Shown here: piece after piece, positions 30,525 to 40,770 of the stretch | Layout of the letters: each line of letters starts with the position of its first letter | Numbering within the stretch: the first letter of the stretch is position 1 | DNA from: Candidatus Eiseniibacteriota bacterium | Lineage (GTDB): Bacteria > Eisenbacteria > RBG-16-71-46 > CAVPCR01 | Length of the DNA stretch: 64,000 nt | Assembly (NCBI GenBank): GCA_963702435.1 | Contig: CAVPCR010000003.1 | Coordinates: 96,001 to 160,000, forward strand | Direction: 5' to 3' | Translations under genes and position numbers: made by a program | Notes under the pieces: model-generated | The model's database searches: none | What the model was told of the DNA's origin: nothing | What the model saw: the letters and a program-made list of their open reading frames with translations, nothing else

Positions 30525-31652
30525 TCAGGATTTCTCGAGCGCCGCGCCGAGCGCCGCGAGCAGGCGGTCGTTCTCGGTCCGGATGCCGACCGTGATCCGC
30601 ACGTAGGCGGGCGGCAACCGGAAGTGCCCCATCGGCCGCACGATCACGCCGCGCCGCTCGAGCTCCTTGCAGACAGGTCCGGCGTCGGCGACCGGCAGCT
30701 TGACGAGGAGAAAGTTGGCCTGACTCGGCACCACCTCTACGCCGAGCGCGCCGAACTTCTCGGTCAAGTAGGCCTTGCCCTCCTCGTTCACGCGCACCGA
30801 GCGCTCGATCTGCCCCGGGTCGTCGAGGCTCGCGATCGCGGCCACCTGCGCCAGCGTCGTCACGTTGAAGGGCATGCGCACGCGGTTCAGGAGCCCCGCG
30901 GTCTCGGGGAGGGTGAGCGCATACCCGATGCGGAGAGCGGCGAGCGAGTAGATCTTCGAGAAGGTGCGGAGGATCACGACGTGGCGGCCCGCCTTCAGGT
31001 AGTCGAGCGTGCGCGGATACTCGGGGTGCTGCACATACTCGTGATACGCCTCGTCGAAGACGACGAGCACGTCGGGCGGCACCTTCGCCATCAGCTCCGC
31101 GACCGCGTCGCGCGTCACCATGGTGCCGGTCGGGTTGTTCGGATTGCAGACGAAGACCATCCTGGTCCGGGGTCCGATCGCGGCGGCCATGGCCGCGAGG
31201 TCGTGCGTGAAGTCGACGCACGGGACGGCGACCGACTCGCCCCCGGTCACCTGGACCGCGGGCCGGTACATCGGGAAGGTGGGATCGGCCAGCACCGCCT
31301 GGTCGCCGGGCCCGATGAAGACATGGGCGAGAAGCTCGATCAGCTCGTTCGAGCCCGAGCCGACCACGATCTGGTCGCGCTCCACGCCGTGGATCTCGGC
31401 GAGGCGCCCGCGAAGCTCGAAGGAGGTGCCTTCGGGATAGCGGTTCAGGTCGCCGAGCGCGCCGAGGATGGCCTCGCGCGCCCTGGGCGACGGGCCGAGC
31501 GGGTTCTCGTTCGAGGCGAGCTTGATCGCGTCGCGCACGCCGAGCTCGCGCTCGAGCACGGAGAGCGGTTTGCCGGGGACATAGGGCGCGAGGTTCTGGA
31601 CCTCGCGGCGAGGAACAATCACGGCAGTCGAAGCCAGGTTCTTCGTGCTCAC
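30525..31652 (-). CDS. hisC: Histidinol-phosphate aminotransferase
   Basis: PYVPGKP, KLASNENPLGPS, GSNELI, CNPNNPTG, DEAYHEY, LRTFSKIYSLAALRIGY. Confidence 0.93.
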   Translation of the reverse strand: MSTKNLASTAVIVPRREVQNLAPYVPGKPLSVLERELGVRDAIKLASNENPLGPSPRAREAILGALGDLNRYPEGTSFELRGRLAEIHGVERDQIVVGSGSNELIELLAHVFIGPGDQAVLADPTFPMYRPAVQVTGGESVAVPCVDFTHDLAAMAAAIGPRTRMVFVCNPNNPTGTMVTRDAVAELMAKVPPDVLVVFDEAYHEYVQHPEYPRTLDYLKAGRHVVILRTFSKIYSLAALRIGYALTLPETAGLLNRVRMPFNVTTLAQVAAIASLDDPGQIERSVRVNEEGKAYLTEKFGALGVEVVPSQANFLLVKLPVADAGPVCKELERRGVIVRPMGHFRLPPAYVRITVGIRTENDRLLAALGAALEKS

Positions 31653-31900
31653 CTCGAGCCACTCCCTGTGGGGATAGGGATTTCGGTCGGGTCGCGGCGG
31701 CACCGGGCGGTGGGTCGCCCGCGCGTCGCGCCCCGGGCATGGTAGAGAAGGTGCGGCGGGGAAGCAAGCCGGGCGGGCGGCTGCCAGGGCCGTCCGCGAG
31801 GAGTAGCATGGAAGGGCCGTGTGCCGTGCGGGCCCGGCGGAGGTCGCCATGGTGGCTGCCGCCTCCGCGGTTTGGCGGCGCCGGAGGGAGGAGCGAGGCC

Positions 31901-34418
31901 GTGGCGCACGACACTCGGCTGACCTGGCGCGTTCGCCCGGGCACCCGGCGCACAGCACGGGTGGTCGCCGGTCTCTGCGCCGTCGTGGTCGGAACGTGGT
32001 CCGCCCCGCCCGCGTCCGCGAACGGCGACTGCTTCGACTACGCCACGTCGCTCCACTGGGTCGCGCGCGTGCCGATCCACCGGCCCACTTCCGTAGCTGT
32101 GCGCGAAGCGACTGCCTTCGTCGGAGCGGACTCGAGCTTGATCGGTGTCGATCTCGGCGACATCGGAGCGCCGCGGATCGTCAGCGAGACTCCGCTCAAG
32201 AGCCCCGTGGGCGACATGGCGTGGCGAGATGATCTCCTCTACGTTCCCGCTGACGGCGCCGGGTTCGCCATCTTCGATGTGTCGATCCCGGCGGCCCCCG
32301 TCCTCGTGTCCTGGATCGACACCCCGGGTGCGGCCTTCGATGTCGCCCTGAGCGGCGATCACGCATTCCTCGCCGACTTCAGCGCAGGGGTCCAGGTGAT
32401 CGACGTGAGCGACCCCGCGGCTCCCGTGATCGTCGCCACGATCGCGACTCCCGGCTTCGCCTACGATGTCGCGTTCGCGGGTCCGCAGCTTCTCGTCGGA
32501 CACGGCCATGGGCTTCTCGTCGTGGACGTGTCCGACCCGCTCTCACCCACCGCAATCGGCAACCTGCCGACGGTGACGCGGGTGGTCGGCATCGATGCGG
32601 CCGGACCCCTCGTCGCCGCCGCAGCCGATTCGAGCGGTTTCCTCCTCGTGGATCTCAGCGTTCCGGCACAGCCGCGGCTCCTGAGCCAGCTGTGGGTCCT
32701 CGACTCGGTGATCGAGGTGACGATCCATGGGGACCGCGTCTTCCTGTCAAGTCCCTGGTCAGGCCTCGTGGTCGCGGATATCGCGGATCCCGTACACCCG
32801 GTCCTCTCCTTCACGGTCGGCCAGACCGGGGACCCGGCAATGAGCCTCATCGCCGGCGATCTGCTCTACGTCGCGGACTTCAGCCACGGCCTCGAGGTCT
32901 TCCGGCTCGGCGCCTGGTTCCCGCCCGACCTCGGCAGCTCTCCGCTCGAGCATGTGGCTCAAGCGCTGGCCGTTGATGGGAGCCTCGCCTACCTGCCCAC
33001 GGCCTCGGGCCCGCAGGGCTGGCTCGAGATCCACGACGTCGGATCGGGCGGGGCTCCCGCGCTCCTGGGCTCGGTGGGGACGCTCCCCTTTCCGCAGGCC
33101 GTCGTCGCCGCCGGCGGCCTGGCCTACTTGGGTGGCGCGAGCGGCATCCAGGTGTTCGACGTGTCGGATCCGCGAAACCCCACGGCCATGAGCACGCTCC
33201 CCGTTCCGGGCGGCGTCGGCGCGCTTGCACTCGGGCCACCCGGCGTGCTCCTCGCCCTGAATCGGGGCGAGTGGACCTCGACCTTCTACACGGTGAGCGT
33301 GGCGGATCCCGCCGCCCCGGCGATCCTGGGTTCGCTCCCCCTCGCGTGGTCGCTCGAGGACATGGACTATGGTCTCGAACGCGTCTACGTGCACGGTGCC
33401 TTTGGCATTCTGGTCGTGGATGTGACGCGGCCGGAAGCACCCGTGCTCACCGGCGAGCTCTCCGTGCGTGCTTTCGACCTGGAGCTCGCGTTGCCGGCCG
33501 CCGGCGGCGGCAGAGCCCCGCTGGCCTACCTGATCGGAATCGGCGAGCTGGCGGTTGCCGATCTCTCCGACCCGGACGCCCCGTTGGTGATCGGCAGCGT
33601 GAACGGCCCGTTCGCAGGCCGGCTCGCGCGGCAGGGCCGCCATCTCTACGCGAGCGGACGCGGACTCTCCGTCTACGACCTCGCGATCCCGGACCGCCCC
33701 GCGCTGATCGGGGGATCCGCGGCCGAGGCCGGCAGGTCGTTGCTCGCCATCCGCGCGGCGACAGGGCAGCTGATCCAGGCCGGCCGCGCCGGCGGCTTCG
33801 CGAGCCCGTACGGGCTCGCCGTGTTGCCCGGACAGTGCGACGCACCGGGTCCCATCGAACTGACGATGCGAGCGGCGCAGGTTGCAGGCGGCATCGAGAT
33901 CGCCTGGTTCCCGGTTGCGGGCAGCGATCTCGTTGCAGTCCGGATCCTGCGCGCGTCCTCGCCGGCCGCGGACCAGGAACCTCTGACTCCCGACTGGATT
34001 TCAGCAAGCGGTCCGGGGCGGTTCATGGACCGGAGCGCGGAGCCGGGTATCCCCGTACTTCTACTGGTTCGCAACGCTCGATCGCGCCGGCGCCGTGTCG
34101 TCCTTCGGCCCGGTGTCCGCGACGGCCGGCGCGCCGGCGCTCATTCTTTCCCTGCCGCGCCCGAACCCGTGCGGAGCACGCGATCGGATCGAGATCGACT
34201 TCGCGCTCCCGGTGCGGAGCAAGGTGCATCTCGATGTCATCGATGCGGCGGGGCGGTGGGTCAAGCGACTCGTGGCGGACGAGCTCGATGCGGGGCCGCA
34301 CGGCGTCGCCTGGGATGGGACGAACGATCGGAACTTGGTGGTGGCCTCCGGCCGCTACGTCCTCCGCCTCGAGGCCGGCGGTCGGGTCGAGACCGCTAGC
34401 CTCGTGCGGCTCCGCTGA
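31901..34418 (+). CDS. Secreted LVIVD-repeat protein with a C-terminal FlgD-Ig-like domain; apparent frameshift in a C-run at ~34052
   Basis: Signal peptide and many G(L/V)xV(I/V)DVSDPxAP repeats. After the shift: YFYWF..PRPNP..WDGTND..VASGRYVLRL. Confidence 0.82.
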
Positions 34419-34421
34419 AGG

Positions 34422-35306
34422 CTACCCGAGCGGGGGCTCTCGCCGCCGGTGCGGGAGCCCGGCGGCGAGGTCGAGGGCGTGGATCTCCTCCGGTGTGAGG
34501 GGGCGGGTCGAGCCGGGCGGGAGATCGCCGAGCGCGAGCGGGCCGAAGGTCATGCGCAGGAGCCGCGTCACGGTGAGGCCGAGCGCCTCGCACATGCGCC
34601 GGATCTGGCGCTTCTTCCCCTCCTCGATCTCGATGTCGAAGCTGTCGGCCCCTCCTCGCTCGACGACCGCGGGTTGCGTCGCCACCCCCGGCTCGATCTC
34701 GACGCCGGCCGCGAGCTGAGCGAGGTCCACATCCCGGGCCGCGGGCGTGGTCCACACGCGGTACCGCTTCGCCACGTGGTAGCGCGGATGCAGGAGGCGA
34801 TGCGTGAGCGTGCCGTCGTTCGTCAAGAGGAGGAGGCCCTCCGAGTCGAGATCGAGGCGTCCGACGGGAAAGAGCCGCGCTTCGAGCGTCGCTTCGCCGA
34901 GGAGATCGATCACGGTCGGCCGGCCCTGCGGATCGCTGACCGTCGTCACATAGCCGGCCGGCTTGTGGAGCATGACGTAGCGCGGCGTCTCCATCGTGCC
35001 GAGGAGCTGGCCGTCCACCTCGACCCGGTCGCGCCCGGTGAGGACGAGGGTGCCGAGCTCGGTCACGACCGCTCCGTTCACGCGCACGCGGCCGGATTCG
35101 ATCAGGCGATCGGCGCCGCGGCGCGAAGCCACACCGGCCTGGGCGAGGAAGCGATTCAGGCGGATGCGGCGGATCGCATCGAGGAGATCGGGCGGGCCGG
35201 GCAGGGCCTGCGCGGCGCGGATCGAGCGCGTCGTGCGTTCTCGATCGGGATGATCGTCCGGCGGCCCGGGCCGATCACTCGATCCGTTCGCGATCGAGGG
35301 CGGCAT
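34422..35306 (-). CDS. rluB: rRNA pseudouridine synthase (RsuA/RluB family)
   Basis: RLNRFLAQAGVASRR (S4 domain), HKPAGYVTT, PVGRLDLDSEGLLLLTNDG, EGKKRQIRRM. Follows scpAB. Confidence 0.88.
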   Translation of the reverse strand: MPPSIANGSSDRPGPPDDHPDRERTTRSIRAAQALPGPPDLLDAIRRIRLNRFLAQAGVASRRGADRLIESGRVRVNGAVVTELGTLVLTGRDRVEVDGQLLGTMETPRYVMLHKPAGYVTTVSDPQGRPTVIDLLGEATLEARLFPVGRLDLDSEGLLLLTNDGTLTHRLLHPRYHVAKRYRVWTTPAARDVDLAQLAAGVEIEPGVATQPAVVERGGADSFDIEIEEGKKRQIRRMCEALGLTVTRLLRMTFGPLALGDLPPGSTRPLTPEEIHALDLAAGLPHRRREPPLG

Positions 35307-36258
35307 CGTCGGGCTCGCCGGGAGCGATCGGGGCGCCGACCGGGCTCGCGGCCGGGCCGGGAAGATCCCGCTCCGCCGACGGGTCGATCGGGCTCCGGAG
35401 GAGGCCGGGGCCGCCCGCGATCTCGGTCAGGCCGCCGGTCGCGCCCAGTTCGTCGATCCCTTCCAGATCGCCGAGATCGGCGAGGTCATCGAGGTCGTCC
35501 TCGTCGAGGTCGTCGAGCTCAGGAGCGGTCTCGGCGGCGAGCCGCGTGGCGGTCGCGCTCTCCACGGCGATTGCGGCCGCCGCTTCCGCCGGACCCCCGG
35601 TCTCCCCAGCGGCCGGCGCGCCCGCGTCCGCCGGCGTCCCCTCCTCTCCCTCCGCGGCGGGGGTCGCGTCGAGCCCGAGGAGCTCCTCGGGCAGCTCCTC
35701 GCGCTCCTTGAGGAGCGACTCGATCTCGTCGAGGCGCGGCAGGTCCTCGAGCCGATCGAGGCCGAAGTACTCGAGGAAGTCGACCGTCGTCGCGTAGAGG
35801 AGCGGGCGGCCGATGCCGCGCGAGCGGCCCTTCACGGTGATGAGGTTCCGCTCGAGGAGCGTGTGCAGCACGGCCCCCGAGTCGACGCCGCGGATCTCCT
35901 CCATGGCGGTGCGGGTGATCGGCTGCCGGTAGGCGATGATGGCGAGCGTCTCGACCGCGGCGCGCGACAGGCGCACCTTCCTGCTCCCGCGCTGGAAGCG
36001 GGCCACCCACGTTGCGTAGCGCTCGCGCGTGCAGATCTGGTAGCCGCCGGCGACGCGCACGATCTCGAAGCCGTGCTCGTCGTACCGGCGACCGAGCTCG
36101 GCGACCGCTTCGCGGATCGACTCCGCCGTCTCGGCGGGCAGGGCCTCCGCCATGATCTCGACGGTCACCGGACCGTCATTCGCGAAGAGGATCGCCTCGA
36201 CGACGCGCCGGAGCTCCTCGGGCGCGAGCGGGGTCTCGCCGCGTGGTGCGGGACTCAT
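35275..36258 (-). CDS. scpB: SMC-Scp complex subunit ScpB with an acidic tail
   Basis: VEAILFA, VAGGYQICTR, LSRAAVETLAIIAYRQPITR, IRGVDS, GRPLLYATT..FLEYFGL..LEDLP. Confidence 0.95.
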   Translation of the reverse strand: MSPAPRGETPLAPEELRRVVEAILFANDGPVTVEIMAEALPAETAESIREAVAELGRRYDEHGFEIVRVAGGYQICTRERYATWVARFQRGSRKVRLSRAAVETLAIIAYRQPITRTAMEEIRGVDSGAVLHTLLERNLITVKGRSRGIGRPLLYATTVDFLEYFGLDRLEDLPRLDEIESLLKEREELPEELLGLDATPAAEGEEGTPADAGAPAAGETGGPAEAAAAIAVESATATRLAAETAPELDDLDEDDLDDLADLGDLEGIDELGATGGLTEIAGGPGLLRSPIDPSAERDLPGPAASPVGAPIAPGEPDDAALDRERIE

Positions 36259-37211
36259 GACCGGTCCTCCAGTTCGCCATCGATCGGGACAACGATCGGG
36301 ATCGCGTCGCCCTCGGCCACCGCCGCCCCCACTTCGAGCTCGCCCCCAACGTCCTCCGCCGGCAGGTCCTCGTCGCTCCCGTCGGTGTACTCGACGAGGG
36401 CTCTGGGGTCCTGGGCGCGCGCGTCCGTTGCCGCCTCGTCTCCGGTGGCGCCGCCCGCCGCCTGCGCGAGGCGCTCGGGCGAGAAGAGCCAGATCTCGCC
36501 GAACTCCTCGTACTGCCGGGCCGCGATCTCCCCGAGCTTGATGAGCTCGAGGAGGGCCATGAAGGTGGCGACGATCTCGATCCGGGATCGGCAGCGCAGG
36601 ATCACCTCGGCGAAGCGGATCTGGCCCCAGGCCGCGGCGAGATCGGCGCGGAGCTCCTCCATCTTCTCTTCGGTGGTGACCGGCGGCAGCACCACCTCGT
36701 GCACGGACTCCCCGCCCCGGCGGGTCATCGCCCCGCGCAGCGCGTCAATGAGCTGGAAGAGCGAGATCGGCTTGAGCGGCAGCGGCTCGTTCGACTCGAC
36801 GCGCGGCACATAGCCCTTGCCGTGGACGAGCGCCCGGTGCTCCTCGCGATCGCGGAGCGTGAGCGAGATCTCCTTGAACTTGCGGTACTCGAGGAGGCGC
36901 TCGACGAGCTGAGCGCGCGGATCGCCCCCGGCCTCCTCGGGCTCGAGCGGACTCGGCGGCAGGAGGAGCCGGACCTTCAGGCGCATGAGGGAGGCGGCCA
37001 TGACCAGGAACTCGCCGGCCACCTCGAGATCGAGGAGCTGCATGGCCTCGATCATGTCGAGGTACTGCCGGGTGATGTGCGCGATGGGGATGTCGTAGAC
37101 GTCGATCTCGTCGCGCTTGATGAGATGGAGGAGGAGATCGAGCGGGCCCTCGAAGGAGGCGAGCTTGATGCGGAGGGTGTCCCGGCTCGAAGCGCGGAAA
37201 TCGAGTTCCAT
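36255..37211 (-). CDS. scpA: Segregation/condensation protein ScpA with an acidic tail
   Basis: FEGPLDLLLHLI, DIPIAHITRQY, GEFLVMAA..K..LLP, DPRAQLVERLLEY, ATFMALLEL. Confidence 0.95.
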   Translation of the reverse strand: MELDFRASSRDTLRIKLASFEGPLDLLLHLIKRDEIDVYDIPIAHITRQYLDMIEAMQLLDLEVAGEFLVMAASLMRLKVRLLLPPSPLEPEEAGGDPRAQLVERLLEYRKFKEISLTLRDREEHRALVHGKGYVPRVESNEPLPLKPISLFQLIDALRGAMTRRGGESVHEVVLPPVTTEEKMEELRADLAAAWGQIRFAEVILRCRSRIEIVATFMALLELIKLGEIAARQYEEFGEIWLFSPERLAQAAGGATGDEAATDARAQDPRALVEYTDGSDEDLPAEDVGGELEVGAAVAEGDAIPIVVPIDGELEDRS

Positions 37212-37358
37212 TGGCGGGCCATCCTAGCCGCGGGCGGCGGGCCGGCGCAAGCGTTCAAAATCGCCGCGGGGCGGCCGCGTGCGCGCCGCGGCGCCGCCTC
37301 GCTCCCGTGCTGCGCGCGGGCGGCGCGCCTCCGCGTCCGCGTCGCGCGGCAAGCGCGA

Positions 37359-38004
37359 CTACATGAGGCCGCCGCTCACCAGGCGACGGAGCGTGCCCAC
37401 GATCGGCCCCATGAGGAAGCCGATCAGGCTCGTCCCGGTCGCGCGCCCGGCCACCAGCACGCCGAGGAGGATGAGCGGTCCGGCCGCATCGAGTCGGGCG
37501 AAGCGGACCGCGTTCTCGCGCGAGAGCAGGCCCTTCAGGACCCGCGATCCGTCGAGCGGATGGAGCGGGATCAGGTTGAAGACGGCGAGCGCGAGGTTCA
37601 GCCGCACGCCGATCCGCGAGGAGGCCGAAGGCCGGCTCGGCGGCGGACCCGAGGAGCGTGATCGCCCAGGGGCTCCGGAAGAGGAGCTGGAGGAGGATGC
37701 CGGCGCCGAGGGCGGCGAGGAAGTTGGCGCCCGGCCCGGCCGCGGCGATCCACAGCCCGTCGCGGAGCGGATCCCGGAGGTTCCGCTCGTCCACGGGCAC
37801 CGGCTTCGCCCAGCCGAATCCGGCGAAGATCACCATGAGCGTCCCCAGCGGATCGAGGTGCCGCAGCGGATTCAAGGTGATCCGGCCCAGATCGCGCGCC
37901 GTCGGATCCCCGAAGCGGAGCGCCATCCAGGCATGCGCCATCTCGTGGCAGGAGAGCGCGAAGAGCATCACCGGGATGAGGAGCGCGAGATAGCCGAAGT
38001 CCAG
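37359..38004 (-). CDS. Site-2 protease (M50) family; probable CTG start; apparent frameshift at ~37615
   Basis: HEMAH, GDPTA..GRITLNPLRHLDPLG, GWAKPVPV, AAGP, then NLALAVFNLIPLHPLDGSRV in a shifted frame. Confidence 0.87.
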
Positions 38005-38007
38005 TGG

Positions 38008-39330
38008 TCACTCCTCGCCGGCGCGGCCCGCAGCGGCGGACCCCGGCTCGGGCAGGACGGTCGTGATCGAGGGCCGGTCGAGCCAGGTGACCGCGGCGTG
38101 CCGGACGCCGGCCGGCGTCACCCGGTCGAGCGCCTCGAGGAAGCGATCGCCGTAGTCGTAGCCGAGTCCGAGCAGCTCGTTCAGCCCGTAGGCCGAGGCG
38201 CGGTTGGCGTTCCGCTCGAGCGCCATGAGCTGGCTTCCCGTGAGGAAGTTGCACGCGCGTTCGAACTCGTCCGGGCTCGGCCCCTCGTCGCGGAGCCGCT
38301 CGACCTCCGCGATGAGCGCGGCGCGCGCGACCGCCGCCTGCTCGCCCCGGGTCCCCAGGTACGCGGCGATGAACGAGGGTCCGACGTAGCCGGCGTAGAG
38401 CGCGCCGATCTCGTAGGCGAGGCCCCGCCTGTCGCGGAGCTCGGTGAACAGCCGCGAGTCCATCGAGCCGCCGAGCACCGCCGAGAAGACGGCCATCGCC
38501 GCCGAGTCCGGATGGCCGACCGGCGGGGCGGGATAGCCGGCCACGATCTTCGCGGTCTGCATGTCCCGCCGCTCGATCGCTTCCGCGCCGCGGGCCGGGA
38601 ACGGTGCGGCGGCGGCCCGTGGGGGCACTCCGGGATCGAGGGCGGAGAGCCCCTGATCGAGACGGGCGGCTACGCGATCCAGATCCACGCGCCCGACCAC
38701 GGCCGCCACCATGTTGGATGCGGTCACCAGGCGCTCGTACGCGCTCACGATGTCGCTCCGCTTGAGCGCCTTGACCGAGGCCTCATATCCGGTGGCCGGC
38801 TTGTGGTAGGGGTGCGCGCCGTAGTAGAGCTCGTGGAAGAGGTCGAAGGCGAGCCCGAGGAGGTGGTCCTTGCGCGCCCGGATCCGCGCGAGCGCCGCCT
38901 GCCGCTCGGTCTCGAACTCCCCCTCCGGGAAGGTGGGCTCGGTCACGGTCTCGATGAGGAGATCGAGACACGGATCGAGCACCTCGCGCGCGCAGAGAAG
39001 CGAGATCGTGGCCGCCTCCTTGGCGCTCCCGGTCGTCAGGCGCCCGCCCAGCGACTCGAGATCCGCTGCGAGGCGGGCTGCCGTGCGCCGCACGGTGCCC
39101 TTGAGGAGGAGCCGCATCGCAAGACTGGTGACGCCGGCCTTGTCGTCCGTTTCCTCGGCGCTGCCCATGCGCACGTGGAGCTTGACGGCGACCAGATCGT
39201 TCTCGATATCGCCGCGGCCGACGAGCGTGATTCCCGAGGGCAGGAGCCGGCGCTCGACCTGGCGCGCGTCCTCGCTCCGGGCGACGGCGGGCCTCGTCCC
39301 GGGATGGCGGCCCCTTCGCGGCGCGCTCAC
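38008..39330 (-). CDS. M16 family peptidase, subunit lacking HxxEH
   Basis: Pitrilysin-like fold motifs (GGSMDSRLFTELRDRRGLAY), but GVTSLAMRLLLKGT replaces the Zn-binding motif. Confidence 0.85.
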   Translation of the reverse strand: MSAPRRGRHPGTRPAVARSEDARQVERRLLPSGITLVGRGDIENDLVAVKLHVRMGSAEETDDKAGVTSLAMRLLLKGTVRRTAARLAADLESLGGRLTTGSAKEAATISLLCAREVLDPCLDLLIETVTEPTFPEGEFETERQAALARIRARKDHLLGLAFDLFHELYYGAHPYHKPATGYEASVKALKRSDIVSAYERLVTASNMVAAVVGRVDLDRVAARLDQGLSALDPGVPPRAAAAPFPARGAEAIERRDMQTAKIVAGYPAPPVGHPDSAAMAVFSAVLGGSMDSRLFTELRDRRGLAYEIGALYAGYVGPSFIAAYLGTRGEQAAVARAALIAEVERLRDEGPSPDEFERACNFLTGSQLMALERNANRASAYGLNELLGLGYDYGDRFLEALDRVTPAGVRHAAVTWLDRPSITTVLPEPGSAAAGRAGEE

Positions 39331-40613
39331 GCCCCGCTCCCGTCCGGGGCGACCGCGGTGACGACCGCGTTCTCGATCGCGAGCCAGCGCTGTGCGGCCT
39401 CGCGCACGGCTTCGGCGGTGACGCGGCCGAGACGCGGCACGTAGTCGAGCGCATCCTCGGCCGAGCGGGCTACATGGAACTGGCCGAGGGTCGAGCTCAC
39501 ATCGCCCGGCGTCTCGGTGGCGAAATGGAAGTCGGCGATCGACACCGTGCGCGCGCGGTCGAGCTCCTCCTGGCTCACCGGCTCACGCCCGAGGCGGGTG
39601 AGCGCGGCCTCGATCTCGCGGCGCACCTGGACCTCGCGATCCGGTTCGCAGGCGGCGTTCACGACCAGCATGCCCCCCGCGCTCAGATCCCAGGTCCAGG
39701 CCGAGAGCGCGGTCACGATCCCGAGCTCCTCGCGGAGCCGCTGGACCAGGCGCGAGCTCCGGCCGCGGCCGAGGATGGCGGCGGCCATCTCGAGCGCGTA
39801 CGACTCCGCGAGCGCGGCGAGCCCCGGCGTCCGGAAGCCGAGCATGAGGTAGGTGTGGCGGACATCCTTCGCGATCCGGCGCTCGGCGCGCGGCAGCGGC
39901 GCCCAGGTGAACGGAGCGACCGCATTCAGCCCGCCGCTCGGGACCGCGGCCAGGACCTCGGCCGCGCGCGCCGCCACCTCGGCGCGCTCCACGCGGCCGG
40001 TCGCCACCAGGCACAGGTTGGGCGCCGTGTAGCGCGCGGCGAGATAGCCGCGGAAGGCATCCTCATCGATGCGGGCGAGAGACTCCGGCGTGCCGAGGAT
40101 CGGGCGGCCGTACGGCGTCGAGTCGCCGAGCGCGGCCTGGAACTCGACGAAGAGCTTCCCCTGCGGGTTGTCCTCCTTGCGCCCGATCTCCTCGAGGATC
40201 ACGGCCCGCTCGCGTCCGATCTCGGCCGGATCGAATCGTGAATGGAGGAGCGCGTCGGCGAGCACCTCGAGCGCCAGCGGATAGTTGTCGGCCGGCACGC
40301 TCGCGAAGTAGCTCGTGTACTCGATCGAGGTGGCGGCGTTGTTGTAACCGCCGAGGCCCTTGATGACGCGGTCCATCTCGCCGGGCCCGTAGCGCGCGGT
40401 GCCCTTGAAGTACATGTGCTCGAGGAAGTGCGAGATGCCGGAGAGGTCCGGCGGCTCGTGCGCGGCTCCGGTCCGGCACCAGATGGCCACGTTGGCGACC
40501 GCCGAGTGCGGCATCTCGCGGACGAGCAGCGTCACGCCCTGTCCGATCGTCGTGCGATGGAACGGAGCGAGGCTCGACGGGCGATCGCTGCCGATGGTCT
40601 CGAACTGGGCCAT
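39327..40613 (-). CDS. M16 family zinc peptidase, catalytic subunit
   Basis: GISHFLEHMYFKGT, NAATS, ERAVILEE, PYGRPILG, SSRLVQRLRE. Start may extend to 40640. Confidence 0.9.
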   Translation of the reverse strand: MAQFETIGSDRPSSLAPFHRTTIGQGVTLLVREMPHSAVANVAIWCRTGAAHEPPDLSGISHFLEHMYFKGTARYGPGEMDRVIKGLGGYNNAATSIEYTSYFASVPADNYPLALEVLADALLHSRFDPAEIGRERAVILEEIGRKEDNPQGKLFVEFQAALGDSTPYGRPILGTPESLARIDEDAFRGYLAARYTAPNLCLVATGRVERAEVAARAAEVLAAVPSGGLNAVAPFTWAPLPRAERRIAKDVRHTYLMLGFRTPGLAALAESYALEMAAAILGRGRSSRLVQRLREELGIVTALSAWTWDLSAGGMLVVNAACEPDREVQVRREIEAALTRLGREPVSQEELDRARTVSIADFHFATETPGDVSSTLGQFHVARSAEDALDYVPRLGRVTAEAVREAAQRWLAIENAVVTAVAPDGSGA

Positions 40614-40770
40614 GTGCATCCGGGGGGTCGTCAAGTGCATGCGGTCGCGCAGTAGACAGGGCGTCGAGCACGGTGTCGGCGGCCGCCGGGAGGCTGGGGC
40701 GAGACTACCCGACCCGCACCGCGGAGCGCAAGGATGCGCGGCGCCTGCAGCCCGGATGCCCCCCGCACCG

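Noticed and set aside
38002..38010. UGA readthrough or selenocysteine fusing the M16 peptidase to the in-frame site-2 protease
   Set aside because: Both proteins are complete on their own, I see no SECIS-like hairpin, and an SD plus CTG explains re-initiation.
38008..40613. Active plus inactive M16 pair as a novelty
   Set aside because: Heterodimeric M16B pairs with one subunit lacking HxxEH are well established.
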